Below, one piece after another: positions 11,731-23,240 of a stretch of DNA of 64,000 nucleotides. The notes below the pieces were generated by a model, which was not told the DNA's origin, made no database searches, and saw only the letters and a list, made by a program, of their open reading frames with translations. The DNA is from Monocercomonoides exilis PA203. Taxonomy: Eukaryota > Protista > Preaxostyla. The position numbers and the translations under genes were made by a program. Numbering within the stretch: the first letter of the stretch is position 1; each line of letters begins with the position of its first letter. Location: positions 992,001 through 1,056,000 of the forward strand of contig LSRY02000014.1 of the NCBI GenBank assembly GCA_001643675.2. Reading direction: 5' to 3'.

Positions 11731-11861
11731 TAAAAATTACTTTAAACTTCGTATCAAAAAAATATCAAAGAAAAAAATGTGAAATGGATGTTTGTACTTC
11801 TTCCAATAGAAGCGCTCAATCATCAGTGAAGTGAAAATAAATAACTTTTAACAGACAACCC

Positions 11862-13878
11862 CTATTTATTAGTTTGCTTATTCTCTTCATCAACCCATCT
11901 CAGATCGCCCACAAGGAATGTCGTAGAAGGCGGGTGCCCCGGTGTTGGCATCAGAAGCGTTGCAATCCCATCTTTGAAGGAGAGAAATACAACAAGTCCG
12001 ACAACACTGCGGAACGACTGGACAGTCATCCAAGCGGTCTCGCTGAACGGAGACTGGAAGCCAAGTTGATCGGGTGTAAGTGTGTGCAGTTGGGCTGTTG
12101 AAGTGGATGGTGAAGTGAGTGAAGAAGGTTGAGTGGAAGAAGAGGAAGAGGAAGAAGAAGAAGAAGAAGACGAGGAGGAAGAAGCTGAAGAAAATGAAGA
12201 ATAAGAAGATGAAGATGATGAGAGTGTTGGAATAGTTTTTTTACCAAGTTTTGGTGGAACAAGAACAGCAGCTACAAAGTTTTCATATTTCCAAAAATCA
12301 GAAGGGGAAACGCTTATCAGACTCCTCAGATCAACCTGGTCTTTCTGTTCCGAAGATGAAGGGGCAGATGATTCAGCAGGTCGTCTTGCAATTTGATAGA
12401 GGTGGATTTGCGAGATTTTGAGAGTGGTTGTGTATGAAGTGAACTCTTTATGAGGACCATAGAAAAATGACATGAAGCGATGTGATCTTGAAGCTTGCCT
12501 TTGCAGTATCTGTCTTTGAACAGCCTGTTTAGAGTTGAAGCATAAATTATGAAGAAATAAAAGTTTGAAAATTTCAGAAAAGAAAAAAAAAGTGGGAAAA
12601 TAATATAAAAGCAAGTGAGTTAAGATAATAGCAATTAATAAGGCAAACTCCATCAGATTTTTGGGCTGGATGCAGAAAAATCTCATTTTTGACAAAAAGG
12701 CTTTTCTTCTTTTCTTCTCCAAGTTTTGCATCAGTCTCTTTTGCAAAGAACATTTCTTCATTGAAAGCATCGGCTTTTTCTCTTATATACATTCCGAGAC
12801 TGTCTTCACCTAAATTCACCACAACATTACCCCTTAAAGAGACAACTGAATCCAACAACAATTCTCTCCCTTCATCCTCCTGCAAAAATTGATGAGGGAA
12901 ATAGATTATCAATTAAGGAAATATTGAAATTGTTCTATGAACAATTGCTGAATGGAAGCATACCACCCATCCACAAGTGTTTATTATGCAGCCTGAATAC
13001 TTCAGAACAGGATCCATCGCCATCTTTGCCTCTATCACCTCTCCCAAACGTTGGATTAGCGTGCGAAGCCGAGGAATGTTCAATTTAGCATCAACAAATC
13101 CATAAAAGAATACAAGGGGGTTTTCATATTTTGACGCCGATTCCTTGAAAACGAATGGATTCAAGAACTTTTTTAATGAATGCAAAAGAAAAAGATTTCA
13201 AACTTCTATATCTATTTGCTTCTTTATCACTGATGCAGAAATTGTCCCAGGAGGAGAAATGACTCCTTGTCCAACATCAAGCTCAATGAAAAGAGGCGTT
13301 CTGCCAACTTTTACTGCAAAATTTAGCAAAATTGTTGCAAGTGTGGATTTTCCACGATCTGCTGGTCCAATAATTATAGCCTAAATAAAAAATATATTTA
13401 TACAATTCAAGTCCTCTAACCACTTAACTTTTTTCCGTACAAACTCTTGGACCGTAAGTGTCGGTTTCTTTTGCTTGTTCTCTCATTGCATCCAACGCCC
13501 TAAACGTCATCAACACATAAAAATGATATCAACGCTTTTTTATAATAATGTAATCGAGCTTACCAATGAATGTTCACATAGTCTTGCATGAATTGAGCTG
13601 GAGCAATATAAACAGAATCAGGTTTTCCTTTAACTTCAACAGTGCACCCTTCCCAAGAAAACAAAGCTACTGATTGATCTTGAGGAAGTATATACTCCAA
13701 TTCAGGCTCAAGTTCAGCACCAAAGCATTCACAATTTCGATCTTTTGACTAAAGATTTGAAAAAATCAAAACAATATAAAAGAAAATTTCTCTTTAAACA
13801 TACTGTAACTGTGACTAGATCAAATTTTGTTATTATCCTCAGTTCATGTACCTCTGGAATTTGATATTGCATCGCCAT
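11862..13878 (-). CDS. CLP1: Polyribonucleotide 5'-hydroxyl kinase Clp1 (multi-exon)
   Basis: Spliced exons give the N-domain ELRI...ECFGAEL...FSWEGCTVEV, Walker A GPADRGKST, ELDVGQG, PLVFFYG, GCIINTCGWV, lid RQASR...FFYG and the C-terminal VVGLVVF...LLMPTPG. Confidence 0.93.
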
Positions 13879-14605
13879 TTTTCTGGAGATGCTGCGTGAA
13901 ATGAAGCTTGCTTTATTTGAATTTATTTCTAATGGGATATCACTAAGATAAAAAACAAGTAAAAACATAAAAAATTTCGAACAACACGTATGTTACAAGC
14001 AATCTATATTATAAATATATAACATTGATGAAGTTTTATTAAGATATTTACTCTTTTTGGTTTTATTTTTTTTTAAGACCAATTTTATTCATAAAACCTT
14101 CAATATGGGACAGAATTTTTTCATTTAAGAAAAAATTAATGATTTGTTCCAGACTTTTTTTGCATCGTATAATCATAAAACTGACATTACTGTGCTCTAT
14201 TAAATAAGAAATATAAAAAAGTGGAGAAAAATCTTTGAAAGAACTGTGTGGAACAAAATTCATAATGCAAAAAATTTCGTCCCATATTTGTTAAATGCAT
14301 TGTTTTTATGAATATCAGGAATCAAAATAAACATAAATTTTTTGAATTTCTGGTAATACATACCGTTTTTTTTTTTTTTTTCGTTTTTGTTTGAGATAAA
14401 TTAAATATTGTTCTTTTCCTATAAATAAACAAAATATATTTTTAATGTAAAAAAATTTTTCATGTTATAACTATTCAATAATTATCGACTAATTGCTGTT
14501 ATGATAAAAGGAAGACGAAAGATAGAGTTTATAAAAAATAACTTGAACCAAAAAAATAGAATTCAAAAAAATAAAAAAAAATTCTTTTCATAAGAATATT
14601 TAATA

Positions 14606-17600
14606 TTACGCTAATGCTGAAAATGTTTCATTTTCCTTTGCAATATCAATTGGAGTTGCAGTTGGAAGATTCAACGATGCTCTGCTTTGACTCTTCTGAG
14701 AAACTTCCGACAGAAGACTCAGCACTGAATCGATAATCGGCTGCTTAAACGGCGGTGTGACACCAGGATCCGCCAGCACATCAGAAAGAGACTGGGCAAA
14801 GTTTGAAGTTGGTAGATGAGCAAGAGAAGCATCTGAGTTGGAGCACCAGAAGGAAACAAGCGCTGATGTAAGCAAAGATACAGGCTGGCCACTGAAAAGA
14901 GATCTGAACTGTTTTGATCCCAAGCAACGAGTGATTGATTCAAAAAGTGGAAGAAGCGATGATTCTTGGATTGCCAATTTACATTTAATAAAGGATGAAA
15001 TAGCAGAGCAGAGAAGGTAAGGCAAAAATGCCTGGTATCCAACGCTAGCTGTCTTATTTGACAGAAACTCGGGTGTGAAATTGAATGGAATCACAGACTC
15101 TCCTGTTGATGGAACAATAAGGCTTGAAACAATCTGGGCAATGTGTGTGTGATTGATGTTCTGTGACGATATTGTCGAGTTGAAAAGCGGAAGTGAAACA
15201 AACAATGATGACAATGTGCTTGAAAACGCAGCTGCCAAGCTGTTCAAAACTGATTCTGTGAAAAGAGGAAGAAGCTGCTTCGCTGAGGCTGAGTCTGCAA
15301 GCGAGCACAGCTCCAATGCCGATTGAATAAAGCATAATTCAATACAATCGTCAACTGAGCAGATTCTGCTATTTGATTCGGCTGTGCTTGGAGAAGTTGA
15401 GGAAGATACAGGAAGTTTTGCCTTTTGCACAAACTTCTCAATCACAGTTTTCATGCAACTTATCAGTTCTGCAGCTTTTTCACTTGACTGAGAGCACAAG
15501 CATCCCTTGAAAAATGCTGAAGTGAATGGAACAGCAACATTATATGCCCAAGCAATTGCAACTGGATGAGGAATCTGTCCATTTTGGAGCATTGCAAAAA
15601 CAGAAGGAGATGAAGATGAGTCAGCAATGCCACTAACCTCATCTGAGTAAAGAAGAGCTCCCCAACTTGTCCACTCTTCAGCAACACTTGTCGTAAGTGA
15701 TGTGCAGAGTGAAGAGGATGGAATAGCAAACAAACGACGAAGGAATGAGGTTACTTGATGAAGGGTCATTGAATTGTAGCTTTCGTGCTCAGAAAGTTGA
15801 ATTGTGTGTCCAGCTGAGTACAGAACAGACAGACAATCTTGTGGTGTTTGCTCTTTTGATTCATTTTCGTGTTTATGTTGATCGTGCTCGTGTTCGTGAT
15901 CATGTTCATGTTCATCATGTTGTGTGGATATTAATTCAGCCAATTTTGTGCAAGGAAGATTTGGAAAAGTGCATGAGCAAGATGAAAAAGAAGCTTGAGA
16001 TGATGCGTTGATATGCCCAACAACACGGTAATGAACCTGTGATATGTGAGACAGGCAATGAAGCATCTCAGCCAAGAAGCTTGCGTAGTTGTCTGATGCC
16101 TCCGGGAATTCTGGAATGCACAAATACGATGAAGGAAATGAGAGAAGTGTTTGGCAGCAAATAAGAGAGCGAGCAGTCTTCGAGAGCTGCTTGGCAACTT
16201 CTGTGCTGTTATCGTTGCTTTCTTCCTCTTCCTCTTCTTCATCGTCATCATCTCCATCACTGTCTGCTTTGATTTTTTCAATGAATTTGAGTGCATCACT
16301 TGGTGGCTCTTTTCCTTTCTTATTCATCATTGCTGTTTGCTTCTTTGCAAATTTCAAGAATTCCTTCTTTAAGACAGATGCCACATCCTCACACAAAAGC
16401 GTCTCCATCCATTCCACTTCTTCTCCTTCATCTCCATCGCAGTCTGATCCAAACAAAATTTTGTTATCTTCAGAATTGCCTTTTTTGGCTTGTGACAAAA
16501 TGTTGTCTTTTGTTTCCACACTTTTCATAATGTTCTTTACAAATTCTTCAGCGTCACCTAAAGATGCTCCCCTTTCGTCTTTCAATTCCTTCCATGCTGA
16601 TACTGGTGATCCGGTGATCATGCACGCAAACAACATTGGTACCAAAGGTGTCAAAAATGAAACAACTGACTGTCCAAGCAACAGAAGAGAGTCTGTGCAA
16701 TTGTTAAGCTTTGAGCGAATAGCAGAGTCATGCCCAATTGCAAGAAGTTTGGCTGCAGAATTGACGCAGAGGTTAAACGTGCTCAGTGCAGGTGCTTCAA
16801 ATGGAGGCTCTTCAATTGAGGAGTTGGAAAGCATAGCCACGCTCACTCTGCACAGAAGAGCAACACATCGGCACAAGTTGCTGAAAAGTGAAGATTCAGA
16901 AATAGTTGAATCAAAAATCAAGCTTGGCTGTGCTGACTGTTTCTGTTCTTTGTTGGAATTGTTGAGTTGCTGAACGAAATCAGTGATAATTGTGTTAAGT
17001 GTTCTCGCAACCAGCTGCACAGCGCAAAATGCACATAGAGTATCTGAATAGTCTCCGTTCACTCGCTCTGAAATAGCACAAGAAGTGACAAACGATTTCA
17101 GTTCTTTAAGAAGCTCAGAAAGAGATTTTTCTTCGATTTGTGCAGAGCACTTTGAGCCTTCTTCTTCTTCTTTCTCATCATCATCTGCATCTTCTTCGCT
17201 CACTGATCTCTCACCGTCAAACACTTGCATAACCAATTCTGCCATGATGGTTCCATTGCTTTCCTTCGCTTCGTCTGAGCTTGTGTTTCCTTTGATTGGC
17301 AAGCAAAGTGCACTGCGAAGATCTCCAGCGATGTGGAAAAGAGATGAAATGGCAGCTTCTCTCAAAGGCATTTCTGAGGAGAACATGTGCTGGAGGATGA
17401 ATGGCAGAGTTGTCGGCAGAAGAGAAGACGAAGGAATGGTGTTGGTTGCACACAGCGAACGAAGCAGTGAATGGCAGGCAGTTGCAATGGGCGTTGAAGA
17501 AAGAGAGAAAAGAGATGGAACAATACGAAGCACCTGCTTTGCATAGCAAACAGAGCTTTTCACAGAAAAAGCAGCTGATTCGTCTGTTTGAGAAGCAATC

Positions 17601-19807
17601 TCGCGAAGATCATTCAAAAGTGTGAAGAAAGCTCCAAGCGACACAATTGCAGCAGCTCGCGGATGTTCTGCTTGGGGTCCTCCACGCTCGTCATTCATTC
17701 CTCCGACGAGGGTGTTGAACAAACAATGCAAAACGGAGTCTTTCTTTTCCCTTTTGCCGCTTTCTTCCAACTCACTCAACCACACTTTCGGAATAGGCCT
17801 GAGGCTGATAAGCTGGGCAAATCCTTTGAACACTGTTTCCCGCGCATCTGCATTGACCAGTGCAGCGTCGCGTGTCAGACAGGAATGAGTCTCAATGCAG
17901 CCTTCTTGAAGCAATATGTGCTGCTCTTTTTCTGTTTCTGTCATTTCCACAAGATTTTCCTTGCCTTTGTCGCTTTTGACTTCAGAAGCTGTGCATTTCT
18001 CGTACTTTGCAGAAACAGAAGGCGCAAACACTGAAGCAGCAAATGCAAATGTCTTTGTTGCAATGTCTCTGATTGGAAACGCTGCGTGAAACTGGCATCG
18101 ATACACAGCAGCAGACAGAGGTATAATTCTTTCTGCGATGAAAGAAGGCGACAAAAGAGAATACAATGGCGCTTGTGCTGAAGAAGATGGCTGAGTTGAT
18201 GAAGATGCGGAGGCAGAAGAAGAAGCTGAGGATGAGCAAAGCTCATTTTCTGTTGGAAGCTGCTCGAGCAGTCTCATAACACACTGACAGCCAGCATCGA
18301 TGAGAGACGGATTGGGCGATGAGATCATGTTCAATATGACTGGGCCAACAATCGTGTCAAACACTTTTTCCAAAAATTTGGATAAATTGCAGCAGCATTC
18401 TGCTTTCTGTGTGTCCTGTGATTGCGCTTTGGTGATGACTTCAGGAGGCAATTGAGCATCTTTCTGAATCATTTCGGCTATTTGGCCTGCAACCTCCTCC
18501 CAGTTCTTCTGCAACTCTTGGTTGTTGATTCTCAACAGCAAGGAAGATGGAACATCAGCTGTTGATTTGGATCCTTCGTCTCTTTTGACTTCTCCGCGAA
18601 CATGTGTTGCACCAAGCATCTCTCTGGGCTTCTTTCTCCCTGCACAGCTAATGAAAAGAGCTGTTAGTGCTGTTGCAGCTGCTGCATTGGCAGACCCGCC
18701 AACTGTGTCCATTGGCTGAACGCTGCTTAAAGCATCACAGGCAACTTCAGCAAACAGCTTCTTAAGTGTATCGACTGTCACTTCAGTATTCTTGCTTTCA
18801 GCATCTGCTCCTGAATGAATCTGCTTCATTCGATCCTCATTTTCGCACCACGATGTCAGTGCCCTGCTCACTCCGAAGCGGAGCTCCCATCCAGCTGCCA
18901 AAGTTGTGCTCATCATCTGAACAGCAGAAGTGGTTTGAGAAGATTCTTTCTTTTCGCTACGAATCTTATGCATGATGTCAATAAGCATCTGCAACTTTTC
19001 ATTCGTGCCTTTTCCTTCACCCTCTTTCCAGTTTAACCAAATGGGTGCAACTTCAGCGGCCATCTTGCGAACATTTATGTCGCTATCAGTTATATGATTC
19101 AGAACGCTTTCTCCAATCTTATTAATCTGTTCGTTGTTTAACAAAGCAAGATTTTTTTGAATAAGTATTCTGAAAAATGCTCGAAATGCATTGTAGCGCA
19201 CATGGTTTGAAAAATTCGCAACAGCTGAATAGTTTGTGTAAACAAGCAGCATCTCAATCATTTTTGAAAACACTTCTTGATTTATTAATTGTTGGCATTT
19301 TCGCCCTGCCCAGCCAATAGCCATCAAATGACCTTCAAGGCTTTCCCATTTTGTTTGGCTGTTAATGCTTTTGAGCAAAATTTCCAAAGTTAAAGGATAA
19401 ACAGAACTTAACGATCCAATCAACTGGGCAAATGCATCGCGAACCTCACGCTTTGGATTTCCAAGTTGCATTAAAATATCGTTCATGGCTCCTTGGGAAT
19501 CTATTTCTGTTGCATTTACAATCCCCAGAAATTTCAAAACTTGATCAATTGGAAGATCTAGAACGTAGTGTTGAATTCCAATTGCAATGTTTTGATTAAA
19601 CGGCCAATTTTGAAGAACAATAATTTTTCTCAAGCACTGTTCAATAACTTTAAGATCTTCCGAGCTGGGGGGATTTGTCTTTAACTCTCCAGACTTAAAG
19701 TCATCTAGAAGTTCGTTCATTGCAAATAACGAAGCTTTAGGGTTTTGAGAAGGATCATCTTGATGCTCCAATAAATTTAGTAATTTGTAAGCTGCTTGAT
19801 ACCTCAT
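14606..19807 (-). CDS. HEAT/ARM-repeat protein (1733 aa)
   Basis: Single long ORF with HEAT-like motifs (LGNPKREVRDAFAQLIGSL; WESLEGHLMAIG; DSDINVRKMAAEV; SSEMPLREAAISSL), acidic loops and a His-rich tract. Confidence 0.8.
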   Translation of the reverse strand: MRYQAAYKLLNLLEHQDDPSQNPKASLFAMNELLDDFKSGELKTNPPSSEDLKVIEQCLRKIIVLQNWPFNQNIAIGIQHYVLDLPIDQVLKFLGIVNATEIDSQGAMNDILMQLGNPKREVRDAFAQLIGSLSSVYPLTLEILLKSINSQTKWESLEGHLMAIGWAGRKCQQLINQEVFSKMIEMLLVYTNYSAVANFSNHVRYNAFRAFFRILIQKNLALLNNEQINKIGESVLNHITDSDINVRKMAAEVAPIWLNWKEGEGKGTNEKLQMLIDIMHKIRSEKKESSQTTSAVQMMSTTLAAGWELRFGVSRALTSWCENEDRMKQIHSGADAESKNTEVTVDTLKKLFAEVACDALSSVQPMDTVGGSANAAAATALTALFISCAGRKKPREMLGATHVRGEVKRDEGSKSTADVPSSLLLRINNQELQKNWEEVAGQIAEMIQKDAQLPPEVITKAQSQDTQKAECCCNLSKFLEKVFDTIVGPVILNMISSPNPSLIDAGCQCVMRLLEQLPTENELCSSSASSSASASSSTQPSSSAQAPLYSLLSPSFIAERIIPLSAAVYRCQFHAAFPIRDIATKTFAFAASVFAPSVSAKYEKCTASEVKSDKGKENLVEMTETEKEQHILLQEGCIETHSCLTRDAALVNADARETVFKGFAQLISLRPIPKVWLSELEESGKREKKDSVLHCLFNTLVGGMNDERGGPQAEHPRAAAIVSLGAFFTLLNDLREIASQTDESAAFSVKSSVCYAKQVLRIVPSLFSLSSTPIATACHSLLRSLCATNTIPSSSLLPTTLPFILQHMFSSEMPLREAAISSLFHIAGDLRSALCLPIKGNTSSDEAKESNGTIMAELVMQVFDGERSVSEEDADDDEKEEEEGSKCSAQIEEKSLSELLKELKSFVTSCAISERVNGDYSDTLCAFCAVQLVARTLNTIITDFVQQLNNSNKEQKQSAQPSLIFDSTISESSLFSNLCRCVALLCRVSVAMLSNSSIEEPPFEAPALSTFNLCVNSAAKLLAIGHDSAIRSKLNNCTDSLLLLGQSVVSFLTPLVPMLFACMITGSPVSAWKELKDERGASLGDAEEFVKNIMKSVETKDNILSQAKKGNSEDNKILFGSDCDGDEGEEVEWMETLLCEDVASVLKKEFLKFAKKQTAMMNKKGKEPPSDALKFIEKIKADSDGDDDDEEEEEEESNDNSTEVAKQLSKTARSLICCQTLLSFPSSYLCIPEFPEASDNYASFLAEMLHCLSHISQVHYRVVGHINASSQASFSSCSCTFPNLPCTKLAELISTQHDEHEHDHEHEHDQHKHENESKEQTPQDCLSVLYSAGHTIQLSEHESYNSMTLHQVTSFLRRLFAIPSSSLCTSLTTSVAEEWTSWGALLYSDEVSGIADSSSSPSVFAMLQNGQIPHPVAIAWAYNVAVPFTSAFFKGCLCSQSSEKAAELISCMKTVIEKFVQKAKLPVSSSTSPSTAESNSRICSVDDCIELCFIQSALELCSLADSASAKQLLPLFTESVLNSLAAAFSSTLSSLFVSLPLFNSTISSQNINHTHIAQIVSSLIVPSTGESVIPFNFTPEFLSNKTASVGYQAFLPYLLCSAISSFIKCKLAIQESSLLPLFESITRCLGSKQFRSLFSGQPVSLLTSALVSFWCSNSDASLAHLPTSNFAQSLSDVLADPGVTPPFKQPIIDSVLSLLSEVSQKSQSRASLNLPTATPIDIAKENETFSALA

Positions 19808-19911
19808 TCCTTTTGCGTAATTGTCGAGTTAAAATGATATCAAACTAATCATGGTATTTTTGATCGCTGCCATCATTACATTAAAACATCCATTATTTAA
19901 TATATTAAAAA

Positions 19912-21923
19912 ATGGAAGAGAGTGAAAAAACCCTTGTTCATATTCGTTTCTTGACAAATGATGCTAGCTTCACTCTTCCTGACGGAGTATATTCTATTGC
20001 AGATGACAGCACTACAGATGATTTGAATAAGTTGCTGAAGACGATTCTTGAAATGGATGAAGAAAATAAGACAACTTTTATTTTCCTTATTCAAGGAAGA
20101 ATAATACCTTCAGAACGATCACTTTCTAGTGTTATCGAAAAATATCAGTTAAATGCAGAATTTGAAATTCCTATTGAATTTATGCTTCCTACATTTGTTC
20201 CTCCTGAAAAGAAGAAAAGTGTTATGCATGATGATGCTGTGTTGGCTGTCACATCTTATCGCGGAGAATAGTATGTAATTCTCATTTTTAAATGGATGTT
20301 TTTAAATTATTGTCGCTCGAATTTCCTTATTCTTCATTAACATTCAAATGAAAAACTTTTATCATTTTAAGTATTATTTCGGGATGCTTGGATGGTACAG
20401 CACACATATATAACAAAGAAGGAGAAAAGCTTATTTCTAAGCAAGTTCATGAATATCCTATCACGACCATCACAACATTACCTTCTGGTGTGAATATATT
20501 AATTATTCAAATTTTTATCTGTCTTTCAGAAATACCGCAGGCATTTATTGTAATATTTGGATCAAAAGATATGACACTTTCCGTTTGGGAAGTTAGACAT
20601 TACGGCTTGTCATTATTTGAAAAGTACTTTATGAAATTATTTTTTTCATTTTTGTTTTCAGATCAAAAGGAAGGAGAAGGATTTAGATTGGAATGGAGAA
20701 AAAGATTTATGTGTTCGGGACATACAGATTCTGTTCAGACATGCGCTATTTCTCCATCAAATGATATCGTTTGTTTCATTTTAAAATTTTGAATAAAAAT
20801 TAAAGTTTTAAAATTATTTGTTCCTGTACAAATGGTTCATTTTTAATAATATAGCTTCTTTCTGGAAGTTGGGATAGTTCAATCATTGGATGGGATCTTC
20901 AAGATGGTTTGAGCAAATACAAAGGCAATAATTCTGCAGGAGGGGCAAGGGCTGCTGTTGAGAGAGCACGAAAAGAGCTTTCAAAGATAAAAGCACAAAA
21001 GAAAGAGGATGCCTCATCAAAAGGGAAGAAAAAGGGAAATGCAAAGGATGAGGGAAAAAATGATGATGATGAGTCGAATGAAGAGGAAGATGAGGAGGAT
21101 GATGATATTGAAAATATGAAGGCATCCAAAGCAAAGAAATCAGAGAAAGGAAAGAATAAGGAAGAAAAGGGAAAAAAACTGAAAAAAGTAACTCAAAAGT
21201 CAAAAGATGAAGATGAAGAAGAAAATGAAGAAGAAGATGATGATGAATCAGATGCAGTTGATGCACCAATTGTTTATTCATCTGTTCCTCATCAGAAGCC
21301 TTTCACTCGATATCGTTCGCATCGAAGTTGTGTCACTTCTCTGCTTGTTGAGCCAAAGGGACGCTGTTCCTCTTCCCGTCGCTTCTTCTTTTGGAGTGCC
21401 GGAATGGATCATCGGATACTGCGATGGGATTCTGATCAGACATCCAGTCCTATCATTGAAATAGTTTGCTGATAATTTTTAATGATCCTTTAATGTAACT
21501 GTAATTATATCAAATTTTTGTTGTTTAAATACTGTCTAAACTTGCTTTTCTCAATTTTTTTTTTTGTTTATTTGCAATGATACTCCAACAATAATGCCTT
21601 CAGAACTCGCCTTGTTCTGTTCTGTCTCTATCTGGTTATTTCTCCAATGAAGTTGACACATTGTTTGCAACACCCAATCCTTCTGAAGCATCTTCTTCTT
21701 CTTCCTCTTCTGATGCTTCTTCTTCTTCCTCTTCCTCTTCCTATTCTTCTGATCCATCGATTCTTCCCAGAACTTCTCATCTGATCACAAGCCATGTGGA
21801 TGGCATGGTTCGCTTGTGGATCCCCACTGTCGCCACAGCCATCAAGGCTCGCCCTTACAAACACGCTGCAATGGGATTTGTCAGCTCTGTCCAATGGTTT
21901 GTGAAAATATAAACTGCTCTCTC

Positions 21924-21978
<55 letters not shown>

Positions 21979-22669
21979 CTCTCTCTCTCTCTCTTTTTTT
22001 TTTTTTTTTTTTTTTTTTTTGTGCATGATTTTATTTTTATATTTTCTTACACCTTTATTTTCTTTTCTCTTTTTTATCATTTGGTAATATTTCACTTATG
22101 ATCTTTTTTTTTTTTTTTCATATTCGTTGTTTCGCAGGGTTCCATCGTCTCCATTCCACTTCTGTTCATTTGGGCACGATGGGCGTTTCTGCTTGTGGGA
22201 TGCGCGCTCTCGTATTCCTCTTCACAGAAAGCGCATTCCAGTTGAAGGCGCAGCCACTCTGGAAGAAGTGACTGAAGAAAAAATGGAAGAAGAAAAAGAA
22301 GAAAAAGAAGACAAGAGTAAATCAAAGAAGACACGCAAAGAGCGTGGAGATGTGAAAGGAGCAGCAGAAAGTGAGTATCGAAGTGCGAATTCAGTGCAAG
22401 TTCCGCTGCCAACTGTGGCAAGGACGCTTGACGACGACGAGTTTGTGGACGAAGAGAAAGTGAAGACGAACAAAGTGCATTGCGGGGCGTTGGTGTATGT
22501 GGATGAGCGGAAGGCCAACAAGAAGCGCAAGCAAAAAGCGAAGGAGATGGAAGAAGAAGGAGAAGAAGGCAAAAGGGAAGGACAGCAAAGCGAGATTATG
22601 GTTTGCTGCGGGTGCGACGATGGGCAGATGAGAATGTACTCGCTGAAAGGAGGCAATTCTCTCCAATAG
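19912..22669 (+). CDS. WDR12: Ribosome biogenesis protein Ytm1/WDR12 (NLE/ubiquitin-like domain + WD40, multi-exon)
   Basis: N-terminal VHIRFLT...LNKLL...FIFLIQG...SL...AE..IPIEF (NLE domain) followed by PP...HDDAV and IISGCLDG. WD repeats GSKDMTLSVW, GHTDSV, LLSGSWDSSI, WSAGMDHRILRWD and SFGHDGRFCLWDARS occur in the Ytm1 order. Confidence 0.88.
21917..22020. repeat. Compound (CT)n/(TTTC)n/poly-T microsatellite inside a WDR12 intron
   Basis: Direct reading of the sequence. Confidence 0.9.
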
Positions 22670-23240
22670 AAACATTATTTTTTTAAAATGCTTTTTTTTC
22701 TTTTTCACTTCACTTCAAAAGTTAAAAGGAAAAAAAAAACAAAGACAAACACCTCACAAAAAGTTTGACTATTTTATTTAGAATTATTGATAAATTCGTT
22801 TTGTATGAAAAATCTTGTAGCCTTATAAAAATTGAATAGGAAGTTATGTAAACGACTGTTCCAGAAAAAACCTAATAATTCTTAACATAAACATAATTGT
22901 AACAATATTATTCAAAACTTAAAAAAAAAAGAGTTAAATAAAAAAGTCTGTTTAATTTTCTTCAATTATTATTCACATTGGTTGTGAATAAGCTGAATGA
23001 GATCAACATATCATAATAACTAATTGAAACTCGATAAGAAAAGCCATTAAAATCTTTTCCACTCAAATGAAAACACAAATAAAAACTTGAAAAAAAAAAT
23101 GAATACATTAAAATTATTATTGTTGACTATTAGTAATTTATAAATAAATAAGAGAATCAACTTCTCTTCTCTTCTTTTCTTTTCTTTTCTTTTATTTTCT
23201 TTCTTTCTTTCTTTCTATTATCTTCAAACAAATGCATATT

